Shown here: piece after piece, positions 36,109 through 48,720 of the stretch
How the letters are laid out: every line of letters begins with the position of its first letter
Position numbering within the stretch: position 1 is the stretch's first letter
Source of the DNA: Diadema antillarum
Taxonomy: Eukaryota
Direction: 5' to 3'
Assembly (NCBI RefSeq): GCF_040938485.1
Contig: NW_027271766.1
Location: 62,001-126,000, forward strand
DNA length: 64,000 nt
Program-made: the position numbers and the translations under genes
Notes under the pieces: model-generated
The model's input: the letters and a program-made list of their open reading frames with translations, nothing else
The model's database searches: none
What the model was told of the DNA's origin: nothing

Positions 36109-37077
36109 TACTTATATGACGGGATGGGGTCACTGAAAGGTTTCTATTTCCCTCTTGTCTTCATCCCTTCATGCTCTGTAAGTCTTTTAAGAGACCCAAA
36201 TATTCATGCAGATTTTGACATTTTGGGAGTTGTTATTGATATGAAAAGGTGATTTGTCATTATTTATGCTCATTCTGGGCAGTTAAAATTCTGCAGTACC
36301 ACAACATTACTCTGAAAGGCCAAATGTTTTTTGAAATATTCTGTAGAGACTAATTCTATTAGAACATTGTCTTTTTATGTTCTGAAAGAGAAGGTATACA
36401 AGAGAAGCCTTAGAACTTTTCATATTTATCGCAAATTATGAGCTTAAGAGCAATTAAGAATTTTGGGGCATTTGTAGATTTGATAGTACTACATATGAAC
36501 AAGTACCAGTATACCACATGTACAAATTTTTGATGTTGCAGTGTGCACCGGGGAGGGGAGAGCTCCATGGCATTCTACTACTCTATGACCATGTGATGAT
36601 GCTGATGTTAGACTGGTGAAGAAAGAGGAAGACTCACCTTTTATTGGGACCATTTTTTTTCTTTTGCTTTGTTATTGGATATCACAGCCATTTCAAAACC
36701 AATTTTCTTCAAATAAAATTTTAAACTTGTAGAAGAATTGTATGCTCTTTATAATTTCATATTAAATGATTTCTTATTAGCTCAAAAAAGTTAAAGTCTG
36801 AATCTTCATCTCAACCAAAAATGTGTCATCTTTTTAACTTTGAATTCTGCTCTTGATGAAGATTCAGAAGGGCCACGCCTTCTTACTATCACATTCAATG
36901 GAGAAATGCATGGAAGACCTGCATTTCCTAGTTCTGATTTCATGATAAAAGTAATTGAACAGGCTTTCCATGTTCTGTAACTGACACTCCTGTTGTTCAT
37001 AGTCTCAGTGCCACATATAGGCAAGGAAATAGTCCTGACAGTAGTGATCATACAAATAATGTCAATGTTAATGATAA

Positions 37078-37255
37078 NNNNNNNNNNNNNNNNNNNNNNN
37101 NNNNNNNNNNNNNNNNNNNNNNNNNNNNNNNNNNNNNNNNNNNNNNNNNNNNNNNNNNNNNNNNNNNNNNNNNNNNNNNNNNNNNNNNNNNNNNNNNNNN
37201 NNNNNNNNNNNNNNNNNNNNNNNNNNNNNNNNNNNNNNNNNNNNNNNNNNNNNNN
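37078..37255. other. Assembly gap (N run)
   Basis: 178 N. Confidence 1.
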
Positions 37256-38097
37256 TGGTGCTTTATACAGGCATTTCTAAGTGCACTGGCATTATTCATA
37301 TGAGAAAACTAGTAAGCACTTAACATAATGACAATGCAAAACCAAAGTAATAGTGACAAAATAAGATTTTCAAAAAATACACATTAATGAGGGCATTAAT
37401 AAGAATCACCCACACAAGTAGGCCTACCTGTTTCAAGGTGCAGAGTGTGGGTAATTATACTAACACCCAAACAAAATAATGTGTATTCTTTGTAGATATC
37501 ATAAAATGATAATGCAGACTCTTGTCGTCCAAAGAATTTCAAATGCAGGCATTTTAAACTCTGCGGCAACCATTTTCTTGAATAACTGAAATGACAAAAT
37601 CTTGCCCTGTCACTATCATGACATAAAAATAATAATGACTGGTCATTGTACTTTACTATACGATGGGTAGCATGCAAACTTATGTGTTAGGCAAAATAAA
37701 TGCCTCTCAACAATTTATTTGCTTAGGATATGCTTCATCATTTTGTAAAATCAAATATGGCATGTACTCAAATGCTGTGGATGATTTTGGTGGATTCTCC
37801 GAGGAAACTGTCTGGTTCTTTGTTATTGTGGATCCAGCACTGAAGACAATGCCCCATGAGAATCTAACCTTAGTTCCTCTTAATGATTAAAAAAAAAATC
37901 TTTCCTTATTGAAAGGAAAAGAATGTGGCAAATAATAAGCACTAACCAGGTAAATGGCTCTCCATTCAGTTTGTACACAAAAGTTCACCAAATTGTCCTT
38001 ATTCTCAAGAAAATTTTTCTGGTGTATGATTATAGAGTACAATATTAATTATTTTTTGTGTGTCCTCCTTAGTGGATCCATTCGGGGTCATCCCAGT

Positions 38098-38407
38098 AGA
38101 CCGACACCCACGAGTCATACAGCCCACGAGTTCGACATTGAAAATAGGTCCATGAGTCATACAGCTCACGAGTCATACAGCCCATGAGTTCGACACAAGG
38201 CAAATAAAGCCCATGAGACCGACACTAAGTGAAAAGAGCCCACGAGTTCGACAGATACAACACGGCGCGTAATGTGTCGGCCTCGTGGGCCTTGTTGGCT
38301 TAGTGTCGAACTGATGGGCTGTATGACTCCTGAGCTGTATAACTCATGGGCTGTATGACTTGTGAGCTGTATGACTCTTGGGCTGTATGACTCGTGAGTG
38401 TCGGTCT
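38098..38407. mobile_element. Foldback-like element with modular inverted repeats
   Basis: AGACCGACAC / GTGTCGGTCT ends; GAGTCATACAGC modules on the left mirrored by GCTGTATGACT modules on the right. Confidence 0.8.
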
Positions 38408-39062
38408 CGTGACGTGCACCCGATAAATTCCGTCTGCACCAAAATATTTTAGAAAAATAAATTTCATAGAATTAGTGAAATTCCGGGTACAAAAGAGCTG
38501 CTAAACACCTATATCACACTGGGTTGCCAATTTGTCTTACTAAATTTTTACAATCCATAATTTTTGTTATGTATCCAATTCTTCCCCCCCTAAAAAAAAC
38601 AACAACAACAAACAAACAAACAAACTTATCTACTTCTCTGAATTCATTATTTTCATACAAAGCAACATGATATCAGGTTGGAATTTCCCTTGAATTGGTG
38701 GGAACTGCATCATCCAATCCCTATGAACTTCAAGCACAGAAAAAAAAAAGAGACTCGCAGCCCTCGTTCCATGTGTGCGTTTAATACCTTTGCCATCATA
38801 AAAAGAAAAGAAAAGAAGAAATTGTGCAGACTTGAGGATTACATGCCCAAATACCATGGTATACGGTTCCAATATCAAAATGTATGCTTGGGTGTATATG
38901 AACCCTTATGTCTGGACACAAACAAGTATTTGACTACTGTTCGAGCAACTATATTACAATAACAAAGATCCAAATCAAATAATCGATAATCAATCCAGTT
39001 GTATGTATAACTACTTACATGACCAGCCAAGAAATGTTTGGATGAATGAATAATGATAATCT

Positions 39063-39227
39063 CAGTGGCGGATCCAAGGGGTGCTGGGGGGGGGGGGGGG
39101 GATGCACCAGGTTGGCGCCCCCTTTAATTTTTTTAAATAAAAGAAAGAAAAAAGACAAAATTCAGGGGAGCGCATGCGCCCCCTTTGTCTCCCCCACCCC
39201 TTTCCAGAATTCTTGGATCCACCCCTA
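39063..39227. mobile_element. GGCGGATCCA-family hAT-like MITE, 5-bp TSD
   Basis: CAGTGGCGGATCCA / TGGATCCACCCCTA; AATCT on both flanks. Confidence 0.75.
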
Positions 39228-39566
39228 AATCTCTTGATTCCTGCATGTTCGTTTAAATGAAACCATCTCTTGTCAAGTTAGGTATTTAGAATAATATATG
39301 CATTCCTGTAAGAAAGTTCGGAAAGGAAAGAAGCACATAATTATGGTGACTGATGATTTGATATCAGTAATTGAGAGGTATTTATGTCTTCGATTATCTA
39401 TAGACCAACTATTAATCAAAACTTTATTTCTGTGCTTCAGGACTAAAGGACAAGACCTTAGTTACAGCTTATCTTTATTTCCGAAGTTGTGAAAAGTGGC
39501 CTAGTATTCGCGAACGAAAACAAATGACAGGATAATATATATGCGGAAAATCAAAATGATACTTAC

Positions 39567-39727
39567 TCATATCTTCTCGTTTGCTATCAGTTTACATAAT
39601 ATGGGAAGGGGATATATCTCTGTCCCACCCAGATTTTCTCCTTTGGACAGGTAACAGGTAAGTACAACTCTTCGCAGAGTGGTCGCCATGGTTGATTAGT
39701 TGAATAAGCCTTTCCTGTTTGTGACAT
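39567..39727 (-). other. Two overlapping short ORFs in a putative first exon: 39727-39587 (46 aa) and 39689-39567 (40 aa)
   Basis: Hand translation gives MSQTGKAYSTNQPWRPLCEELYLPVTCPKEKIWVGQRYIPFPYYVN-TGA-TAG and MATTLRRVVLTCYLSKGENLGGTEIYPLPILCKLIANEKI-TGA followed directly by GTAAGT. Confidence 0.35.
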
Positions 39728-39780
39728 TTACTATACCCTCAAAAGGTGAAAACGGTAGACGGACAATAAGTGACAAGCTC

Positions 39781-39865
39781 AGGAAGTGGAGGGGGGAGGA
39801 ACGACAAGGAAGAAATGATTTTATATAGGGAGGGAATCCGCTCGCTCATTATCCACCGTCACGTG
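39781..39865 (-). promoter_or_regulatory. Candidate minus-strand Pol II promoter: E-box CACGTG (39860-39865), TATATAAA (39827-39820), CACTTCC Inr/ETS-like site (about 39788-39782)
   Basis: Motifs are read directly and are correctly ordered and spaced; they are followed by two ATGs in good context and a GTAAGT donor at 39566. Confidence 0.5.
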
Positions 39866-41390
39866 ATTTCAAAGTCTTCAAGTCTAGATTGTTGGCCTGA
39901 TCCGGATTATTTCAATTAATTCACTCTTTTAGACACAAATATCTATGTGTGACTGAAGTGTTCGTACTACGTGGCTTCATTGCTTGTTCAGTGTTCTAGA
40001 GAGGGAGAGAGAGAAGGAGAGGTGCAAACAGATTTCTTCTCCTTGAAATGATAATGAGATGAGGGAACATGGGACGTGGTGTCTGCAACAAACCTGGTCA
40101 AGTCAGATGTTTCAGACTAGAAATCATAAAAGATTGTCCCCGTAAGTAAATCATAATAATAAACGGAAGTAAGTGAGCTGAATAGTTAAATATAACCCAA
40201 GGTAAACCCTTCTGCTCATTATGTTTACCTTCGACGTTTCTATTTTTATTTTTCCATCGGGTATCATTGTCTGAATTATAAATGTTACACGTTGATCCGA
40301 TCAGCAAAGAATGAGATATTTTTCCTCTTGTGTAAGATCCTGAAAAAGCACTGCAAAATCACAGTGTTTACTTTCACAGTCGTCTCAAAGTGATTAAGTT
40401 AACCCTATAGAAAATTTTCTCAAGTAGTCCGATTATTTCTTCTTGCGATTCATTTGACATCGCTTGCTATGCGAAAATAGCCAAACCGTCTGCGTTTCCC
40501 CTTTGCTGTGATAAGGTATATACGCTATTTACAAATTATCACGAGGAAAATGTCAATATTTTTCATGACTCCGCCAAAGTTATTAACATAGTTTCGTATT
40601 CTAATTGAATCAGGTGACAAAATTTTGAGAGCAAAAGCAATTAAATCAAAATTTTTGTCTGCATGAGAAATGTGATCAAAGTTGCATTCATATAGCTAGT
40701 GATTCTTTCACTGTGGAAACTGATCTTCGGAAGATCGAAGTAAACTGGAATCCACCCCCATGCCCTTCCCCAGCTTCATTCCGGGGCTTCACTCCCCCGT
40801 CACGATAACAACCCTTAATTCAGGACACGAGAAACAATTACACACAAAACAAAAGGGAAAATTCTGACAGCATGCAATGATCCAATGAAAAGCAGGAAAG
40901 CGCTGAGTGAAGCACGCCTCATATGAACGCTTGTCAACACCACTGTTCATTGAATTCGACTTTGGTGGAAATGTCGAAGAGGAATCGAATAGAGAAGTGT
41001 GACACCCATTTCCCGCGCCACTGCCCTCATGATCAGACGACAGTACGACACTATAGGAGCGGAACGAAATTCAGTCTTACTGCTTGTATGGTCCAAGGTA
41101 ATGATGATACATGTACCACTTTATTCGATGCCTCCGTTATGTCCATGCCGTGGGCCTCCACGTTACCTCCGTGTGCGTCTTATATCTAGAGACATAGACT
41201 TTTGTCTTTGCTTTAAAACCATTAAGACTTGTAAAAAGATAGGAATTATTATGTCCATTACATATTGCTCATAAATCCGACGAGTTCCGTTATTCATGTA
41301 GTTTGTACCTGAGATGATACGTACATAAAGGCCTATATCAAAAACTATACGTGGTAAAAAAAACCCAACAACAACAACAACCGTATCAAG

Positions 41391-41742
41391 GTATTCCCCC
41401 CATCCAGGCAATTACTCCCCCCACCCCGGCTATATACTGGTTAGTGATAAGGTTAGAGTAACAGGGGCGGATCCAGGAATTCCGTAAAGAGGGGGCGCGT
41501 TTACAAAATCAAAGGGGGGCGCACGCACCCTTCCCCCATTTTTTTCTTTTTATTTCTTTTGTTTCAACGAAAAATAAAGGGCGGGGGCGTGCGCCGGTTG
41601 CGGTCCTCCCTGGATCCGCCCCTGGAGTAAAGATTACGGTTAGGCTAAGAATCACTTGATAGTAGAGTTTAAGTTAGGGTTAGGACTATAAGGTTCAGGA
41701 TTAGGATTAGGGTTAGGGTCTGGGACAATTTCTGGGAAATAC
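41391..41742. mobile_element. MITE with degenerate TTAGGG-like interior, host of a nested insertion
   Basis: GTATTCCC / GGGAAATAC ends; GGTTAG repeats continue on both sides of the insert. Confidence 0.5.
41462..41624. mobile_element. GGCGGATCCA-family hAT-like MITE, 6-bp TSD
   Basis: Perfect TIR CAGGGGCGGATCCAG / CTGGATCCGCCCCTG; GAGTAA on both flanks. Confidence 0.9.
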
Positions 41743-42613
41743 AAACGACCTCCTTTCATGAAAAGTGAAATACGAATTGGAATCACTGAGACGGATGCAC
41801 AAAAAAGAACAGAAATAGTTTGGGGACAACAGATTTATACGTAAGTCGAAAAGTATAGCAAAACAGATAGAGAGGGGAGACAGACTAGGCCTAATACAGA
41901 CAGACAGACAGACAGACAGACAGGATGGAAGCCAAATGATAAAATTATGTGAAGTCGGAAAAGTGAGAATCAGAGTCAACAAAACAAAGACATTTGGTAA
42001 ACATTGATGATGATATTCCTCTTTCCATCAATATATTATTTCAATCAAAGCACCGACGTATTTTCACACTTAAGGATCTTACTGAAAGCTTTGAGTTTTA
42101 GAGCTCAAGTGTAATTCGGTTTGGCATTTAAGAATACATCGTCTGGAGGTCACAGAGAATCAATTGTTGTAATATGCCATTTTTTCAATCCATGTTATTA
42201 TATAGATGATTATAGTCGTCATTATAGCTATAATATACCATCAATAAAGGAGCTTCAGAAAATATTGAGAAATACAGCGAGTAAAAATGGAAGACTGGTG
42301 CAAAGCGGAATGATTTAAGATTGCATTTGCGAAAAAAAAAAACCCCGAAGAGCGACAATCGAGCTAATAGCTTTTCGTTTCTTGTTCTTATACACAATTA
42401 ATGTAATCTCATTTTCTTTCATCTCACTCCGTGAGTAACAACTGAAATTCCTTAAAAATGTTAGACAACAAATTACTGAGGAGTGGATGATGTATGTGTG
42501 TGTGTGTGGGGGGGGGGGGGAGGGACTGTCTTGTGCATGTAATGTGTTGTGGATATGTGTGTAAGTGTGAGAGGAGGGCGATAACGTGAGAAGTGTGGGC
42601 ATGAAATTATTAA

Positions 42614-43218
42614 AGGGAAAATCCAGTCCAAATATAAGTTAGTCTGATAAAAAATGAGTAAAAGTTCAGTTCTGCGGTAAAAATTTGACTGAAATTGGTT
42701 GAAAAATAAGGAAGTTATGACATTTTGAAGCTTTGGTAATTTCTGCAAAACAGAACAGTTTTTGTACAGTGGAATTGAATATGCAAATGAGTGAGCTACC
42801 CTTGTCATACCCTCACAATTTTCCATTGAGCGTGTACAAAAAATGACGAAAATTCAATGTTTCTGTCATTGACGTCTGAAATATGATGTTATTCCTAGTT
42901 GCATAACTTCAAAATAGTGATCACTTAGATATACCAGGATTTGAGCTTCAGGCTAATTGCGTTGGAATGAAAAACGGGAAATTCCAAAATTTTATGTACA
43001 ACTGCATAGCAAGTTGTGAGGGGATGACATACTCACTTTGCCATTTGCATATTCATATTGACTGTTCAAGAACTGTTTCCTGAAAAATTAGCAAAACTTC
43101 GGAATGTCATAACTTCCATATTTTTCACCCGATTTCGATCAAAATTTTTACCATTGAACTCGTAATATTTTACTCTTTCTGATCAGACTACTTAGATTTG
43201 GACTGGATTTTTTTTCCT
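42614..43218. mobile_element. Kolobok-type MITE (605 bp)
   Basis: TTAA TSDs; inverted AAAATCCAGTCCAAAT / ATTTGGACTGGATTTT near the ends. Confidence 0.85.
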
Positions 43219-43596
43219 TTAAGGGGAGGTCGGAAAATGTAAGGCTATATAGGGGCCTATACTGATGTGGGAGTAAACCGGGAAGGGGGGGGATGTTTGT
43301 GGATCAAGAATCAGCAAACTTGTTTTGCGGTGTACGGGTTTGTGTACTTCGTTGCGCTTGATTTTTGTCACATGTTTTGTCATGCCTGGAAAAAAACAGA
43401 TAAAAAACAGAAAAGAAGTGAGATCACTAAAAGAAAAATTTGCGAAAAACGACCACAAAAACAAATCAATGTCCAAATGAAACAACCGAGACCATGGTTG
43501 ATTCAAAATAATGCAATTTTGCCATTTTTAGGTTTTATTGGTCCCATGCCCACATCTTGGTTGACGGAATCATTATCTATCATATGCATTGATTAA

Positions 43597-44558
43597 AGGG
43601 ATGGTTATATGGTATTTGTTGAGGTGAAGATTCCGATATTAAAGGACAAGCTCACCTTCCTAGACATGTGGATTGGGTGAATGCAGCAATTTTGATAGAA
43701 CACATCAGCAAGAGTTTGAGAAAAATCTGACAATCCGTTTAAAAGTTATGAATTTTTGAAGTTTCTGCTCAGTTACTGCTGGATGAGAAGACTAATACAG
43801 CTTGTGATGTCACATGTGTACAACGATATAAGGAAAGTATAAGGAAAATTCAAGATTTTTCACTTTTCTCGCATAATAAGAGAACACTTGACTTTCCTCG
43901 TTAAGACGGCAAGGGGTATAATATTACCCATAACATACGTCAGTGACGAGTCAAGGATCAAATGTGAACTTTAAAAAAGAGTAACATTTTATGAAAATTC
44001 TTTTTCTATTTTCCTTATATCGTTGTACGCATGTGACATCATACACTCTTGTAGTCTTCCCATCCAGCAGTGACTGTGCAGACACTTTAAAAATTCATAA
44101 CTTTTGAGCGGATTGTCTGATTTCCCCCAAACTTTCGCTGATGTGTTCTACTAATATTGCTGTATTCACTCAATCCACATGTATATGAAGGTAGACTTGT
44201 CCTTTAATTTTTCTATGAGATACTTAGAAACCTCTTTAAGAAATGTCCCAGAGCAATTTCAAGAAGAATTTGGTGTTTATTTGACGAAAATCGGCTTTGA
44301 AATAGTTGAGATTTCAAAAACAAAGTAAAACAAAGCGATCCTAATAAAAGGTGGGTCCCATAACACCTTTTATTAGGATTGCTTTGTTTTGGATATCTCA
44401 GCCATTTCAAAACCAATTTTCATCAAATAAACTTTGAATTTCTCTTAGAATTCTATGCTCTTCCATATTTCATGAGAGGTTCCTCACTATTTCAAAAAAA
44501 TCATAATAAAAACATTGGAAATATGAACACCCATCTCATTCGAAACTGTACCCTCCCT
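43597..44558. mobile_element. Kolobok-type MITE interrupted by a second element
   Basis: TTAA|AGGGATGG left end; the GATATCTCAGCCATTTCAAAACC family body resumes after 44207; right end CCCT|TCAA. Confidence 0.75.
43643..44203. mobile_element. Nested Kolobok-type MITE (561 bp)
   Basis: TTAA|AGGACAAG...CTTGTCCT|TTAA with long imperfect TIRs (ACATGTGGATTG / CAATCCACATGT). Confidence 0.9.
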
Positions 44559-44699
44559 TCAAAGGGAATCATGGATTATTTTCATATTGTGTGTATAATT
44601 GCTGAGATTATTTTTGTATGATTTTGTTATGGCAATATCAAGAAATACGTGTGCCAATAAATCATCAACGTAATAAATTATTATATAACTCACAAAGAC

Positions 44700-44708
44700 A
44701 CACACAAA

Positions 44709-44771
<63 letters not shown>
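44700..44771. repeat. (CA)n(TA)n compound microsatellite
   Basis: Direct reading. Confidence 0.95.
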
Positions 44772-44775
<4 letters not shown>

Positions 44776-45235
44776 CTAGAGTTTCCACGCTAAATGGGCT
44801 TGGCATCATGTTTGAACACTTTGACATAAGTCTATCATCGGACGGAACAAAATAAAACCTTTGCAGTGATACCTCATTTTGTAACATAACAAATTAAAAA
44901 TATCCCGTATTTTCTTATCATTTTCTCTTTTTTTCCAGGAGCTTTAATCACACTACAACTTAAGAAGAATGTAGTAATCTCATTTTGCTCTAGAACACCT
45001 CATATTGATATAGTTTTATGTTCGAGACGATATGTTGGTTTACGAGAACTCGCCAATAAGTATTAAGGCACACCCACGCAGAAGCGATACAAGCTTGACG
45101 CCCCCTCCAGTCTACGTCCCTTGCCACACATTACATAAGTTCACAAGAAAAACCGCTGATACACTGATTGCTTTTTTTTTCAAGGTTGATGGGGGTTTCT
45201 CTTCAAGAGCTACTATATAAGAAAACATTAATTAT

Positions 45236-45290
45236 GTAGTAGTAGTAGTAGTAGTAGTAGCAGCAGCATTGCAGCAGCAGTATAGTAGTA
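45236..45290. repeat. (TAG)n/(CAG)n trinucleotide run
   Basis: Direct reading. Confidence 0.9.
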
Positions 45291-45794
45291 GTATATTTGG
45301 TGGCACATGGTGGTTGCCGATCAGGCACACAAATATCACCACTTGGTAATCTTTGCACATACATATGTCACATCTTCTTCTATGTATTTCACATATTATA
45401 AAAGATAACAATAGACACAAATTGCGGACATGCAAGCCAAGTTTAGATTTCAAAGGCCATGGAAAATAAGTGATGGAATGCTGTATCAAACGAGAGGTAA
45501 ACTCGGCGAAGAAGTAGATTGACGGTAGAGAGATGACATATAATTCAAGGGTGTTGATTCAAACTGTTCGATAAGTTGAATATTTTTAAATGACGACACT
45601 ATAATATCGATCGCGATGACAGTATGACACTATACCATCTACATCTATATATCCATAATTTGAGTCTATCTACCTCGCTCTTGTTTGTATAATTATACAT
45701 ACATAATTATCTAAAGCAAAAAACCCTGAAGACGCTTGCCGAGTTGAAAATTTGGTGCAGTGCACTTTTTGAACGCTAATAACGCATTACAACT

Positions 45795-46041
45795 NNNNNN
45801 NNNNNNNNNNNNNNNNNNNNNNNNNNNNNNNNNNNNNNNNNNNNNNNNNNNNNNNNNNNNNNNNNNNNNNNNNNNNNNNNNNNNNNNNNNNNNNNNNNNN
45901 NNNNNNNNNNNNNNNNNNNNNNNNNNNNNNNNNNNNNNNNNNNNNNNNNNNNNNNNNNNNNNNNNNNNNNNNNNNNNNNNNNNNNNNNNNNNNNNNNNNN
46001 NNNNNNNNNNNNNNNNNNNNNNNNNNNNNNNNNNNNNNNNN
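45795..46041. other. Assembly gap (N run)
   Basis: 247 N. Confidence 1.
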
Positions 46042-46997
46042 GCGTGAAACTCGGAGTAGCAAAAAAGCAGTGATTAACCTTTAGTCATCTTCTTGTGTAA
46101 ACGTTATTATTACAAGCTCTGTCGTCCAGAAATCGAGCACTCTGTACGAAAATAATCAATCCAAAGTGTAGATTTATATATATAGAGAGATTAATAATAT
46201 TCAGGCTCGACACTAGCATTTGTGTTTATATGTGGTGGCACTTTCGGGCCATTCAATTCTAATAGTAATTCATTAAAGAAAAGAAATCATCTAACAAAGC
46301 ATAAAAATGATGAAAGAAACAACGGCAATCATGTCAAAATTGGCAGGCATGACAAAGTGCTTCAAATACCACAAACTTTGACTAAGAGATAAGAAAAAAA
46401 ACACAAAAAGAATTAAACAATCCAATGAAACATTAATGATCGTCCCCTTTAATAATTATGCAAAAATTGGGAGGTATAAGATAAAGGGTTTCGAATACCA
46501 TTAATGTGACCATTACATATTCAAGATTTCGTAGACATGGACGCGATTTTCCATGACATCAAATATTCATGAACATACAGGGGTATACCTAGTTTTATTA
46601 TTGGATAGATACGTTTGGACCGTGAAATTTGGCCATGAGGTACAAAAAAAACCAACAACAACAAACAAACAAAAACTAAAAAAAAATGTTTGGCCAAATT
46701 TGGCCGTAAAATAGTCTGAGTTTGGCATCAAGACTAGCGGCAATCTTGCAACCCTGGCATCTACCTGAAATACGTACAGTATAAAACTGAGTATAAAGCA
46801 CAGCGCCGCGAGCTCCCCCATTCTGAACGACACAAGTACATAAAAAATAAAAACCCTCATAAAACTCATTGTTTCTTAAAAAACTGGTGGTCTGACATCT
46901 ATTTCTGGTGGCCCCGGGCCACCGGGCCACCGGGCTACCGCTCATGTCAAGCATCGTATTTGTATCTATATAGTATTACATATTACATATGAATCAA

Positions 46998-47080
46998 TTA
47001 TATATATATATATATATACATACATATATATATGAGAGAAAGAGAGAGATAGAGAGACAAAGAGAGGGAGAGAGGGAGAT
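46998..47080. repeat. (TA)n(GA)n compound microsatellite; a further (TA)n at 47249-47283
   Basis: Direct reading. Confidence 0.9.
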
Positions 47081-47246
47081 GTGAATGATAGTATACCACA
47101 GGAGCCACGGGTGGGCACTGTGGGGGATCAAGTGTCTATATACCTAGTACAAAAGAAAAGTCGAATAAAGTGAGTGGACCTCATGATGATTCCTTACAAC
47201 ACACAAATGATTTGAAATTCAGTATATATCTCTAAACCTTTGAAAG

Positions 47247-47287
<41 letters not shown>

Positions 47288-47358
47288 ATATATTTATATA
47301 TCCTGTAAGAGAGTACAATATGTCTCCACATCAATGTTACCGAAAAATAAATTGTTAA

Positions 47359-47441
47359 CCCTCTTTGTACCACATCTATATCCTGGCCATAGGTTTGTGT
47401 GTGAGATCAGTGTACACACAATCTCGTTGACACAGAAAGGG
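47359..47441. mobile_element. 83-bp piggyBac-type MITE
   Basis: TTAA|CCCT...AGGG|TTAA with short imperfect TIRs. Confidence 0.6.
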
Positions 47442-47989
47442 TTAAACGATTTTGGATGAGTTTATCAATTTATCCAGTTTCAGGGATATATGGTTTGCTC
47501 GAAGGGAATTCGTGATGTTTGTTTTCATTGTGTATACGTTACGTCTGTATGACGTGTTCATAATTTTTAGTGTTTCTAATTAGTAGTGAACCGGTTTATG
47601 CTTTATACATTTATATGGGAAAAAAGACACATAACGCGTGAGCTGAGGTGTGTCAAGATGTCTGGTGGCCTAGATTTGTCTGGGTGTGTAAAAATCTTTG
47701 TTTATTTCTCTCTCATTTTTTATGTTCTCGAAACTTGAATGTGCGATGTTGTGTTGATATATCTAAACAAAGTGATAGAAACCATCGTAACTCATCTTGC
47801 TTTTCTATTCGAACAATTCAGCACATTCACAGACACACGTCTTGCAAATTTTTGACACAGCCGTTTCTCTTGTGTTGATGAAAATTCAACCAAGCGGCTG
47901 CTGAGATAATGGGAAAGCATATCATTATGATGATATTCAGGTTCATAGGGGAATGGGAAAAGCCCTCCATCTTTTTGCATAAGATAATA

Positions 47990-48720
47990 TATGCCCGCGC
48001 GGGACGGGCGTATATATATTCACGGCTGCATCATTATTCGTACACTCCGTGTAGCGAGCCCCGGCCCGCAGTGCCTCAGCAACATAATACACGGGTTGCA
48101 AGGTATGTACGACTATGTAGGTATGGCCGTCACCGCCGCGGAATCCACATTGCAACGTTGGAAACAGACTGATTTAAACTCGTGCGAGAGGCATAACAGA
48201 TTGTAGTAATGCTCTCACAGAAGAACTGTGTCTTTAGTGGACAAGGGCTAGGTTTTTTAATCTTTTCTTGTGCCTGCTTGTGAGATGAGAGATAGTAATT
48301 ATACTACTCCGCGACCAGCTGTCAAACTCGAATTAGTGTAGTGCCCTTGTGGTTTGTCGACTATCAGCCTCGGATACGCAATACACGTTTGGAGCATGCA
48401 TTATACGTCGTGCACTCTATGGGAAAACGGATCGACCACATAACGCACACGCTTTCTACGTCCGATAGCAACGTAGCGAATGAAATGGAGACAACCACCA
48501 TTCCCACGTTCATTTCTTCAGCTGTTGTTCGGGATCAAAGTACGCAAAATTTGCTGGTAATTACTTGCAATCAGGCCATGTTTTGGATCTGATACTTGGA
48601 ATACACTGTGATTTGATACCCATTTCTCAGGATACTGTGGAAACGACTTCGTCTGCCGGTACATGCTTGTCTGGGATTTGCTCTTCCTGGGATGATTTCT
48701 AAAGAAATTCCGTCGCTGTT
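47990..48720 (+). promoter_or_regulatory. CpG-rich promoter / 5' UTR region of the RGS7-like gene
   Basis: Visibly CpG-dense stretch immediately upstream of the coding exon, with CpG-poor DNA beginning shortly downstream of it. TSS and UTR exons not resolved. Confidence 0.5.

Noticed and set aside
39567-39689. Selenocysteine reading of the TGA at the exon end
   Set aside because: No CxxU or other known selenoprotein context, and no SECIS or continuing ORF identified.
39567-39727. Antizyme-like +1 frameshift (ORF1 ends AAC-TGA-T and the +1 frame starts with Asp and stays open to the donor)
   Set aside because: Lacks the metazoan antizyme context (TGG-TGC-TCC-TGA, then DVP/DAP), and no antizyme ORF2 exons are recognisable downstream.
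41640-41720. True telomeric or interstitial telomere array
   Set aside because: Only a few degenerate TTAGGG units, inside a TIR-bounded element.
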